Assembly (NCBI GenBank): GCA_947455285.1
Contig: CANGOK010000001.1
Span: 1-54,952 of the forward strand
Reading direction: 5' to 3'
DNA from: Beijerinckiaceae bacterium
GTDB taxonomy: Bacteria; Pseudomonadota; Alphaproteobacteria; Rhizobiales; Beijerinckiaceae
DNA length: 54,952 bases
The position numbers and the translations under genes are program-made. Under the pieces are notes generated by a model. That model had not been told where the DNA came from. It searched no databases and saw nothing but the letters and a program-made list of their open reading frames with translations. Each line of letters opens with the position of its first letter. Within the stretch, counting starts at the first letter, position 1. Of this stretch, positions 36,685-45,490 are shown piece after piece.

Positions 36685-38183
36685 GCGGTTAACCCGGTCT
36701 GCTTCGCCTTTTCGGCGTCGCGATAGTGACGAATGATGGAATAGGCGAGGAAGACGACTGCGAGCCCCAGAAGGCCTGCGCAAATTGGCTCCTCAATGAA
36801 GGTCATGTAGTCCCCATCGGACAGCACCAGCGCCCGCCGATAATTCGACTCCACCATGAAGCCGAGCACGACGCCCAGAATCATGGGCAGCATGGGCATG
36901 GCGAGGATCTTGAAGACGTATCCAATCACGCCAAAGCCAATGGCGATGCCAACGTGGAACAGGCTGCCATGGATCGCATAGACGCCAGAAAGCACGAGGG
37001 CGAGGATGAACGACATCAGATAGTGCTTGGGCCTATTCACCAGCCAGATGCAGGGACGCAGGATGAGATAGCCAAGCACGAACAGGGCGAGCAGAGAGAT
37101 CACCTTGCCTGCATAAAAGCCTGACATGATGTCGGCATGTTTGGTGAAGAGAAGCGGTCCGGGCGTCATCCCGTGAATGAGAAAGCCGCCGAGCAACACC
37201 GCCGCTGAATTCGATCCGGGAATGCCAAGACCCAACATGGGAATGAGCGCGGTCGCCGACACGGCGCCGTTGGAAGCCTCTGGGGCAGCGATGCCTTCGG
37301 GAGCGCCCTTGCCAAATTCCTCGGGGGTCTTCGACCAGCGCCGCGCTTCATTATAGGAAATGAACGCGGAAATTGCGCCGCCGCCGCCGGGCGTCAGGCC
37401 TTCGATGAAACCGATGATGCAACCAATGACCTGCGACAGACGCAAGCGGGCGCGCATCAACGGTCCCGGTATCTTCAGCCGCGCCTCATTGCTGTTGGTG
37501 CGCACCCATGGGGGCGTGCTGGTTTGCTCCAGCAAATTGGTGATCGCGTATACGCCGATCATAACGAGGATCGGCGGAATGCCCGAAAGAAGATCAGGAT
37601 GGTCCAGCGTGAATCGATTGACGCCCGTCACAGGGTCCGTACCCACAGTGGCGATCATCAAACCGATGACGCCGGCCATGAGGCCCTTGATCAGTGAGCC
37701 CTCTGAACAGGAGGCGATGACGCTGAGGCCAAGAATGCCGAGGCCCACATAGGATTGCGGCTGGAACGCCAGCGCAACCTGCGCGAGGGGCTGCGTCAGC
37801 GTCAGCAGCATCAGTACGCCGAACACCGCGCCGACAAGGGTCGAATAAAGCGAGATTCCAAGCGCCTCGCCCGCCTTTCCCTGCTCCTTCATGGCGTAGC
37901 CGTCCAGAACCGTGGCGGCGGCCGAATTGGTGCCCGGCGTGCGGATAAGGATGGCGGGAATGGAGCCGCCATATTCGGCGCCTAGATAGGTGCTCGCCAG
38001 CAGCACGACCGCTGATGCTGGATCAGCGCCATAGGTGAAAGGCAGCAGAAGCGCCATGGCGATGGAAGGCGAAACACCCGGCATGGCGCCGCCGACGATG
38101 CCCCAGGCCGTGCCGGCGAAAGCCGCCACGATGATCATGGGCGTCCGGGCCACCGCCTGGAACATGTCTAGGAGCTCGTTCAT
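36681..38183 (-). CDS. tctA: Tripartite tricarboxylate transporter large permease
   Basis: GAMPGV, YGGSIPAILIRTPG, DGY.M, APEASN, LGIPGS and PGPLLF motifs. Confidence 0.93.
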   Translation of the reverse strand: MNELLDMFQAVARTPMIIVAAFAGTAWGIVGGAMPGVSPSIAMALLLPFTYGADPASAVVLLASTYLGAEYGGSIPAILIRTPGTNSAAATVLDGYAMKEQGKAGEALGISLYSTLVGAVFGVLMLLTLTQPLAQVALAFQPQSYVGLGILGLSVIASCSEGSLIKGLMAGVIGLMIATVGTDPVTGVNRFTLDHPDLLSGIPPILVMIGVYAITNLLEQTSTPPWVRTNSNEARLKIPGPLMRARLRLSQVIGCIIGFIEGLTPGGGGAISAFISYNEARRWSKTPEEFGKGAPEGIAAPEASNGAVSATALIPMLGLGIPGSNSAAVLLGGFLIHGMTPGPLLFTKHADIMSGFYAGKVISLLALFVLGYLILRPCIWLVNRPKHYLMSFILALVLSGVYAIHGSLFHVGIAIGFGVIGYVFKILAMPMLPMILGVVLGFMVESNYRRALVLSDGDYMTFIEEPICAGLLGLAVVFLAYSIIRHYRDAEKAKQTGLTA

Positions 38184-38659
38184 GCGCGCATCCTCTCGAT
38201 CAGTTCAGGCCATATGCCCTCGGGCTGCGCGATATGAAGAAGGTAGACAAAAACATACCAGAACGCCGCTGCGCCAAGCACCGAGGTCAGCGCCAAGGGC
38301 CAGGAAAGGCGGCCTCCCTGATAAAGCGCGGCAGTGGCAATCACCGCCGCGATCATCAGGGGATAACCGACAAAAGGAACCGCCGCCACATAAACCGCTG
38401 CGATCACGATAATGCCAAGGGCCCGCTTCGCCGCATAGACTTCGCTCACCTCGCCAGCGCTTGTGGCCACGGCTTTCTGAAACAGAGTGCGCACCGCAAG
38501 AACGAGCGAAAAGCCACCAAGCAGCCAAGCGTAAATCCGCGGCAAACCATCTGGGCCAACGTCGTCGGCCAGTTGCCCGGCGGCTATGTTGGAGGCGGCG
38601 AGATAATAGGCGATGGCGAGCGCGAGCCCCATCAGCCCCGTTACGAGATCGCGGTTCAC
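38180..38659 (-). CDS. tctB: Tripartite tricarboxylate transporter small permease
   Basis: 4-5 TMs, VGP.GLP and P.G motifs, located between tctC and tctA. Confidence 0.88.
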   Translation of the reverse strand: MNRDLVTGLMGLALAIAYYLAASNIAAGQLADDVGPDGLPRIYAWLLGGFSLVLAVRTLFQKAVATSAGEVSEVYAAKRALGIIVIAAVYVAAVPFVGYPLMIAAVIATAALYQGGRLSWPLALTSVLGAAAFWYVFVYLLHIAQPEGIWPELIERMRA

Positions 38660-39621
38660 TTTATGACGCTCGCTGCTTTCAGGAACGCCTCGGTGTCGCG
38701 TGCAAATTCTGCAATGAACGGACCATAGTCCTTATGCGGGATGAAAGCCGGCTGCAGGCCGTTTTCCGTATAGATCTTCTTATAGGTCGGATCAGCCAGC
38801 ACCTTCTGAACGCCAGCCTCCCAAGCCGCGATAACCTCAGGCGATGTCCCCTTCGGCGCCGCGAGACCACGGAATTTACGAACGGACACATCGACGCCCT
38901 GTTCGCGCGCCGTAGGCACGTCAGGCATCTGTTCGATGCGGTTGTCGCCCATGATGGCGAGCACGCGCAGCTTGCCAGCTTCCAGTTGCGGCTTGATCTC
39001 GCCGAGTTCGCCGATGCCAATATCAAGTGTGCGATTGAGCACATTGATCTGCATGTCGCCGCCGCCCTCGAAAGTCACCACAGCCGCGCGCACGCCCGTC
39101 GCCGTCTTCATGCGCTCAAGCACCTGACGCTCAAGCGAGGCAGGATTTGCGGCGCCCCACTTGCCGCGATTGGCCTTGGCGTGATCGATCACGTCCTTGA
39201 GGGTCTGGAATTTGCTGTCGGCCGCCGTGTAGACCACTTCAGGATCATAGAAGACGTTCACGAGAGGCTCGAGATCGCGAAAGGTCGCATCGGTCTTGCT
39301 CATGAGCGATGTGTAGATGAAGGTGGGCGTCGTCGCATAGAACATGCCGCCATCAGGCTTGGCCTTGGCGAGTACGGCCATGGCTTTTGCGCCCGAGCCA
39401 CCCGAAATATTTTCAACGGCGAAATTCACGCCCATGACGCGCGTGAGATGGGGAACCATTTCGCGCAGGAACACATCGCTGCCGCCGCCCGGGCTCGAAT
39501 GGGTCGCCAATAGCACTGTTTCTTTGGGATATTTCGGCGCCGTCTGCGCATGCGCCACGTGAGCGAGAGTCAAACAGAAAAGCGCCCCCAGAACAGGGCG
39601 AAAGAACTTCTGAACGCGCAT
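38656..39621 (-). CDS. tctC: Tripartite tricarboxylate transporter substrate-binding protein
   Basis: YP, PGGGSD, EN.SGGSG, F.GGG, PDVPT..E.G and RGL.APKG motifs. Confidence 0.92.
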   Translation of the reverse strand: MRVQKFFRPVLGALFCLTLAHVAHAQTAPKYPKETVLLATHSSPGGGSDVFLREMVPHLTRVMGVNFAVENISGGSGAKAMAVLAKAKPDGGMFYATTPTFIYTSLMSKTDATFRDLEPLVNVFYDPEVVYTAADSKFQTLKDVIDHAKANRGKWGAANPASLERQVLERMKTATGVRAAVVTFEGGGDMQINVLNRTLDIGIGELGEIKPQLEAGKLRVLAIMGDNRIEQMPDVPTAREQGVDVSVRKFRGLAAPKGTSPEVIAAWEAGVQKVLADPTYKKIYTENGLQPAFIPHKDYGPFIAEFARDTEAFLKAASVIK

Positions 39622-39707
39622 CGTGTTCCCCCGGATTGCCCACAAACGAGCCCACGATGCTCTTAGCTGAACCATTCTGTCGCTTCAACTTCCTTCTACT
39701 GCAGCGC

Positions 39708-40094
39708 CTATTTGGCGATATTGATCGCCTCAAGCTCCTCCTTTGTCGCGGGAAGAGGCTTTGAACCCGATTCAAAACCGTTGAACTTGAGCACATATGC
39801 AACGATGTCGCGCACGGTCTGATCAGGCAGCTCGCCTGCTTCCTTTGGCGGCATGGTTTCCTTGATCGCGGCGAAGCGATCTCCTACGGATTTACCGACC
39901 CAACCAAGCTCGAACGGTTCGCCGGTGAGGCTTGGAGGATCGCCCTTCGAGACGAGATTGCGCCCATGACAACTTGCGCATTTTGAGTTGTAGAGCGCTT
40001 CGCCCCGATCGGCCTCAGCGCTTGTGTAAACCGGCTCCGCGATGCCCGGTTGCGACAATAAAATCATAGCTAGAAAAGCCAATTTCGACCGCAT
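39708..40094 (-). CDS. Monoheme cytochrome c
   Basis: Signal peptide, CASCHG, distal TMP and AY.L..NG motifs. Confidence 0.92.
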   Translation of the reverse strand: MRSKLAFLAMILLSQPGIAEPVYTSAEADRGEALYNSKCASCHGRNLVSKGDPPSLTGEPFELGWVGKSVGDRFAAIKETMPPKEAGELPDQTVRDIVAYVLKFNGFESGSKPLPATKEELEAINIAK

Positions 40095-40106
40095 CAAACC
40101 TCTCCC

Positions 40107-41084
40107 TTATCCCTGCCAGCGTTCATAGGGGTCTTTCGGCGGCAGGGCCGAAGCCTTGATTGTGAGGTCAATATCATCATTCACTAAAATGGTCTGTTCC
40201 GGAATGTTGAAGCCAGCCTTCCAGACAAACACCCGCTGTTCACCACTGGAAACGGCGACCATCGCCTGACCTTCAGAATTGGTGCTGACGCGATGAACGC
40301 CAAGGCGCACATGCGCAGCTTCGACCCCCGAGCCGGTCACATCGTCCACAACGGCGATGCGCACGACATGAGCGGGCGTCTCCGTAACCAAAACGCTGAA
40401 TTCGGCATGACCTGCGATATGCGGCAAACCATTCATGTCGCCCGGCGCGAATTGCACATTGAATTGGTTCAAGCCCACCTGAACAGGCGCCCCGAAGGCG
40501 CCCTCGCCCCACCATAGCCCTTCGGCATCGTGATGCGCATGTTGCAGAACAGGCTCCGCCACAAGGCTTCCATCAGAATCGCTGACGCACAGTCGCTGGC
40601 CTTGCAAGGCGCAACCAGCTGAACATTTTCCGCCAACCTTGAAACGGACCACCTCGCCTGCCTGCACGGGAGACGGCGCATCCCAGACGACAAGGCTACA
40701 ACGATGTCCCTGGGTTTCAGCCGTAAGGTCACAATAGGCGGGCGATAGCGTAAAGCCGTCGATCTCTTGCGCCGGCAGACAAATGCGCCATTGGAACGAA
40801 CCGATGGCGTGCGGAGCGACGAGAGACAGGGCCGCCTGATCGCGCCGCTCAATCGGGCCATTGCGCGGATCATAATCAGGAGACTGAGGGTCGAAGCGGA
40901 TCAATGAGCCAAGGGCGGCTTCGTGCTGCTGCTTATCTCCCTCCATCACCACGACCCGCGCCTTGGCAAGATCGCATGGAGCATCACATTGGATTGCGAC
41001 CATAAGCGTGAAACCGCCGCCAGCGTCGAGCGCTGAAGGCGGCTTCACCAACTCCATCACAACCGGATAGGCCTCATTCGTCAC
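40107..41084 (-). CDS. Hypothetical protein with a duplicated CxxxC domain and a C-terminal carboxypeptidase-regulatory/Ig-like domain
   Basis: QCDAPCDL and KCSAGCAL repeats, and C-terminal VVDDVTG..V..A.V.LG...T..EG.A. GTGA overlap with the upstream flavoprotein stop. Confidence 0.65.
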   Translation of the reverse strand: MTNEAYPVVMELVKPPSALDAGGGFTLMVAIQCDAPCDLAKARVVVMEGDKQQHEAALGSLIRFDPQSPDYDPRNGPIERRDQAALSLVAPHAIGSFQWRICLPAQEIDGFTLSPAYCDLTAETQGHRCSLVVWDAPSPVQAGEVVRFKVGGKCSAGCALQGQRLCVSDSDGSLVAEPVLQHAHHDAEGLWWGEGAFGAPVQVGLNQFNVQFAPGDMNGLPHIAGHAEFSVLVTETPAHVVRIAVVDDVTGSGVEAAHVRLGVHRVSTNSEGQAMVAVSSGEQRVFVWKAGFNIPEQTILVNDDIDLTIKASALPPKDPYERWQG

Positions 41085-42775
41085 GATGAACGCGCCGCTT
41101 CCATGCCTGCGACGCGCCCTGTGACGATGCAGCGACCTAGCCCATGGCTCTTGATGCCTCCCTGCGACTCGCCAGCGCAGAACAGGCCCGGAATCAGCTG
41201 GCCCTGCATATCCACCACCTGGCAGTTCTTGTTGGTGCGCAGCCCCGTATAGGAATCGTGCAGGCAGGGTGTCGCCCAAGCCGCAAAGAACGGCGGTTTT
41301 TCGATCTTGTGAGGCGGGCTCGGACGCTTGAAGTCGAGATCCTTGCCCGAGACGACGAAGCTGTTGAAACGCTCAACCGTCTTGCGCAGCGCATCGCCTG
41401 GCATCGGACGCCATTGATAAATATTGCGCGTGAGTTGCGCCGCCAGTTCTTCCAGCGTCGCGCCGCTGAAGAAATACCCGCCGCCGCGATCGACATGCGG
41501 ATAGGTCGTTTGCCACTTTTCGCGTTCGACCGCCGCTGAGTCAAAGATCGCCCAAACGGGGCCGCCGCCATTCAGCTTCTTCGGGTCGCCCGTGGGCTGC
41601 AGCGCATGGGCGAAATAGCCATCGTGGGACTCATCGGTCTCATCCCAGAAGCGCAGGCCGTTTTCCTTGACGAGGATGAGATCCTGCCAATCTGAGACGT
41701 CGAGACCGAGCGCGCGATGGCGGAAGAAAACCGAGCTTTCAGGCCCAATCTTGCCGCGCACATAATTATCGCGAACAGCAAGACGACCCTTATCGATGGC
41801 CTGGCCAGTGCCGAAATCCGTCTCATTGCCGACAGACCACAGAGCGGCGCCGATCTGCATGGCGGAGATTTCACCAGCGGCGTTGGCGGGAGCAGTCGCT
41901 TGGCCGTGGTGCTGATATTCTTCCGTCAGACGCGGGTCGAACATACGACGGAAGTGAATGTTATGACCGTGGCCGCCGTTGCACAGCACCACCGCCTTGC
42001 GCGCACGCAGATTCAGGAAACGGTGTTGCGGCTGGAACCAGCGATCCACCTGCTCGATCGTCACGCCCAGAACGCGGCCGGCGAAAGGCTGTTCGCGATG
42101 GACCTGACGCAGGGTGAATGAGAGCAGGAATTCAACGCCCTTGTCGCGCGCGCTCAATTCAAGCGGACGCACGATGCCTGATCCATTCCGTCCCTGATCG
42201 ATCGCGAGATTATCAGTCCGGACCGGCCATTCATGAGGGCGCATCCCAGGGGTTGAGGTGATGCCCGGCTTGCCTTCCTTGGCGACATTCGTGCCGTGAC
42301 GGTCGAAATTGACGCCATTGGCTTCAAGGAAATCGAAAGTCGCGACATTCTCATCAGCGAAGCGCCGCACGAGGTCAGCGTCAGCAAACCGATGCTTCAG
42401 CGGATCCGTCCAACGTTTGAAAATATCGTCAGCCGTCTCCTTGCTGCCAGCCGCCTTCTGCAAACGGTTGCCGCCACCAATACGAATATCGCCGCCGCTC
42501 ATGACGGCGATGCCGCCGGTTTCAAAATGATGATCGACGCAGATGACTGAGGCTCCTTCATCGCGCGCGGCGATGGCGGCCGGTAGCCCCGACGCGCCTG
42601 CGCCGATGACGATCACATCAACCTCGCGATCCCACACGATCGCTTTGGATTCAGTTGCCTGCGCAGGACCAGAGGCGACGGCGCCCGCGGCGGTGACAGC
42701 GCCTGCGCTCAGGAAGCGGCGACGACTGAGAATAGCGTCTTGAGCGGCCTTTGAGCCCTGTGCCTGGTCTGACAT
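41081..42775 (-). CDS. Tat-exported FAD-dependent oxidoreductase (FAD_binding_2: flavocytochrome c/KstD/TcuA family)
   Basis: LSRRRFL, VIGAGASG..AA, GG...SGG, A.KAVVL..GG, PPFFAA and GLFCAGE..GG motifs. Confidence 0.88.
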   Translation of the reverse strand: MSDQAQGSKAAQDAILSRRRFLSAGAVTAAGAVASGPAQATESKAIVWDREVDVIVIGAGASGLPAAIAARDEGASVICVDHHFETGGIAVMSGGDIRIGGGNRLQKAAGSKETADDIFKRWTDPLKHRFADADLVRRFADENVATFDFLEANGVNFDRHGTNVAKEGKPGITSTPGMRPHEWPVRTDNLAIDQGRNGSGIVRPLELSARDKGVEFLLSFTLRQVHREQPFAGRVLGVTIEQVDRWFQPQHRFLNLRARKAVVLCNGGHGHNIHFRRMFDPRLTEEYQHHGQATAPANAAGEISAMQIGAALWSVGNETDFGTGQAIDKGRLAVRDNYVRGKIGPESSVFFRHRALGLDVSDWQDLILVKENGLRFWDETDESHDGYFAHALQPTGDPKKLNGGGPVWAIFDSAAVEREKWQTTYPHVDRGGGYFFSGATLEELAAQLTRNIYQWRPMPGDALRKTVERFNSFVVSGKDLDFKRPSPPHKIEKPPFFAAWATPCLHDSYTGLRTNKNCQVVDMQGQLIPGLFCAGESQGGIKSHGLGRCIVTGRVAGMEAARSS

Positions 42776-43034
42776 GTTTCCCCCCAATGTGATCGCCGCT
42801 ATCTGCAGCGTTGCGGAGAAATTTGCCCCAGCTGAGGCCCAATCTCAAGCGGTCGTTCGCGCAGGAGGCGGCGAATTTCCCCGATCCGAACGCATCAGGA
42901 TCAACAGCAATTGCGCTTAAATATCGGATGCAGCGGATTCAGCGCCCCCCTAAATAGCTGTTGCGCATCAAATCGCAGCAGGCCATCTTTGCTGGCAGAT
43001 ACCAAAAAGGGTCCGACGGGAGAAAAGGCGCGAA

Positions 43035-44258
43035 GTGACGAAGACCGCCCACGGGCCAGCGCCGCTCAGAACTCAGATCCCCATCTATGCGACCGGGCTT
43101 TTCTCCAACAGCCTAGCTGATGTTGCTTCGGTGGTGCTGCCCCTGTGGCTCGCCAACGACGGCGTCACTGCAGCAGGCATTGGAATGGTGCTCGGCGCCC
43201 GGCATGTGTTGCCGTTCCTCCTAGCCATTCACGGCGGCGCTTTGATGGACCGGGTGGGCGCGCGGCAATTGATGACGGCGAGCTCCCTCATGAGCGCCTT
43301 CATGCTGATCCTGTTTCCAGCCGTGGCCTGGATTCCCGCCATCATCGTTTTGCAGATGCTAAATGGCTATGGTTCCTCCATGAGCTGGATTGGCGCGCAG
43401 GCCTATTTCGGCCGAGTGCTGGCCCATAGCCAAACTTATGCGGGCCGTTTCGCCTTTTCGCTCCGCATCGGCAGCTTCATCGGCCCACCCCTGGCGGGCG
43501 TCGCCTGGGACATGGTCGGAACCTGGGGGGCTTTCATTGTTCTCGCCCTCTGGGCGGCAGGCACGGCGGGGGCCACGTTCTTCATTCCTCATTCCGCCGA
43601 TACGCCATCGACCGAGCGACGTAAGCTCGAATGGAGCGATCTGGCGCCGCGTGCCGCGGATTACCGCGACGCCTTCAACCTCGCTTGTGAACCAGCCATG
43701 AAGATCGTGCTCATCATCACGATCATGCGCATCGCAGCAAGTTCAATCCAGGACACATTCTATCCCGTTTGGCTCGCCTCAATCGGCCTTCCCGCGACGC
43801 AAATCGGAATTTTGATCACGGTTTCGTCGGCTCTGGCCGCCATGGGTTCGCTCTGGGTCGCGCAAGTCACACGGCTGATGAATCCCCTGTGGGTGCTGAT
43901 CTGGACGACAATGGGATCAATCATTTTCGTTTCGATCACGCCGGCGCTCAGCTCTGTCTTCTTGCTGATGTGCGCAGCAGCCCTGCGAGGAATCTGCATG
44001 GGGCTGTCCCAACCGCTGATGCTCTCCATCCTCGCCGACGCTTCGGGCCCCGGCTTTCTGGCGCGCGGCGCCGCCTTGCGCACGACAGCCAACCGGGTCG
44101 CAGCCTCGGTCACGCCCATGTCCATGGGTGCGGCGGCGAGCGTCGCCGGTCTCGCCGCAAGCTTCCATATTATCGGCGGCGTCCTACTGGCGAGCCTTGG
44201 ACTGGCGGCTTTTTATGTCAAGACGCATCCGGCGGTTTCGGCGAAAACGCGGGACTAA
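43035..44258 (+). CDS. MFS transporter
   Basis: About 12 TMs, with G.LMDRVGAR motif A and IGPPLAG. Confidence 0.9.
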   Translation: MTKTAHGPAPLRTQIPIYATGLFSNSLADVASVVLPLWLANDGVTAAGIGMVLGARHVLPFLLAIHGGALMDRVGARQLMTASSLMSAFMLILFPAVAWIPAIIVLQMLNGYGSSMSWIGAQAYFGRVLAHSQTYAGRFAFSLRIGSFIGPPLAGVAWDMVGTWGAFIVLALWAAGTAGATFFIPHSADTPSTERRKLEWSDLAPRAADYRDAFNLACEPAMKIVLIITIMRIAASSIQDTFYPVWLASIGLPATQIGILITVSSALAAMGSLWVAQVTRLMNPLWVLIWTTMGSIIFVSITPALSSVFLLMCAAALRGICMGLSQPLMLSILADASGPGFLARGAALRTTANRVAASVTPMSMGAAASVAGLAASFHIIGGVLLASLGLAAFYVKTHPAVSAKTRD

Positions 44259-44364
44259 GACTGCGAGAGCGCGCTCGCCAAGATCAGGCAAGCCGACGAA
44301 TGTTCAATCTTAATTTCTAATATTTAACAGGCATTTAGAATCTTTACCTTTCCCCAAAAGAAGA

Positions 44365-44380
44365 TGGCACGACATATGCT
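44365..44380 (+). promoter_or_regulatory. sigma54-like promoter for the outer membrane protein
   Basis: TGGCACGACATATGCT (GG-N10-GC), preceded by an AT-rich tract at about 44300-44345. Confidence 0.6.
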
Positions 44381-44436
44381 CTGTCCAACGCATAGCCTCG
44401 CAAACCGTATCGACTTGCGCGTTGGAGAATTGGATT

Positions 44437-45270
44437 ATGAATCGAGCCCTGCTGGTCGGCCTCCTGCTTCTGTCGAGCGCGGCAGCGACGGCGAGCGCCG
44501 ATGAACTTTATCAAAGGCGCAGGCAGGCTCCGGCTTTCACCCCCGCCTATGATTGGACCGGCGTTTATTTCGGCGTTCACATGGGTGTGGCGCAGCAGCC
44601 CTCGACCATAAATTCTTTCGTCCAAAAGACCACCGATTCATACGACGCCGGCAGCCCCTATGGATCGTTGAGCATGAACTCACGTGGGGTGCTTGGCGGC
44701 GCTCAGCTCGGCTACAATCATCAGATCGGCAATGCGGTCATCGGCTTTGAGGCTGATGGATCCTTGGGTGGCGTGAAGGGTTCCAAAACCACGCTTGCTC
44801 CGGGCGCGCAGCAGATTGAAGCGAAATATTCCAGCGAAGACACCTCACTCGTTTCGCTTCGTGGCCGATTGGGCATTGCGAGCGATAACCTCTTGATTTA
44901 TGGCACATTTGGTGGGGCTGCCCGGACAAATTCCACCCGGCGGACGCAATATGCGACGACCTCTCCGGAATTTGCTGCGGGCACTCAGGCTGAAGCGGCG
45001 GATTTTTCGACAACCCCTGTCTTCGTCGAAGAATCCAAGAAATCACAAACCGGCCTCGCAATGGGCGCTGGCGTTGAATATGCTTCAAGCGCAGGCTGGT
45101 CAGTCTTCGCCTCCTACATACTGACCCGATGGAACAACAACCTGAACAAGACGCCTCGCGCGCTTGATTCCGTCTTCAGTTACGGAACCGGCTCAGTCGC
45201 AAATGGCCGTGACAATCAAATCAACGCCACAACCCAAACCTTTCGACTTGGGTTGAATTACAAAATCTAG
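44437..45270 (+). CDS. Outer membrane beta-barrel protein (Omp25/RopB family)
   Basis: Signal peptide, YDWTGVYFG, GG.Q.GYN.Q, G.EAD, S.RGRLG, GAGVEY and terminal RLGLNYK motifs. Confidence 0.9.
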   Translation: MNRALLVGLLLLSSAAATASADELYQRRRQAPAFTPAYDWTGVYFGVHMGVAQQPSTINSFVQKTTDSYDAGSPYGSLSMNSRGVLGGAQLGYNHQIGNAVIGFEADGSLGGVKGSKTTLAPGAQQIEAKYSSEDTSLVSLRGRLGIASDNLLIYGTFGGAARTNSTRRTQYATTSPEFAAGTQAEAADFSTTPVFVEESKKSQTGLAMGAGVEYASSAGWSVFASYILTRWNNNLNKTPRALDSVFSYGTGSVANGRDNQINATTQTFRLGLNYKI

Positions 45271-45440
45271 GAGTAAAACCGGTCCAAATTGCATTGTGCG
45301 GCATGAATCAGCGGGGCGTAAATCGTCTCGCCGCGCGCCACCCCCCTGCGCTGAGGACCGAGACTGCGTCATTCCCCGCCAACGCATGAACTTCATTCGA
45401 TAAAATTCTGAAAAGTAATGGAAATTTCCAGATCCGTCAC

Positions 45441-45456
45441 TGGCACGTCTTTTGCT
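45441..45456 (+). promoter_or_regulatory. sigma54 promoter for the repeat protein
   Basis: TGGCACGTCTTTTGCT is a consensus TGGCAC-N5-TTGCW about 35 nt upstream of ATG 45491. Confidence 0.8.
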
Positions 45457-45490
45457 GATTGCGGAGTGCTGAGGATCAGGAACGTTTCAA

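Noticed and set aside
44305-44330. CtrA box upstream of the OMP gene
   Set aside because: The TTAA half-sites are 10 nt apart rather than 7.
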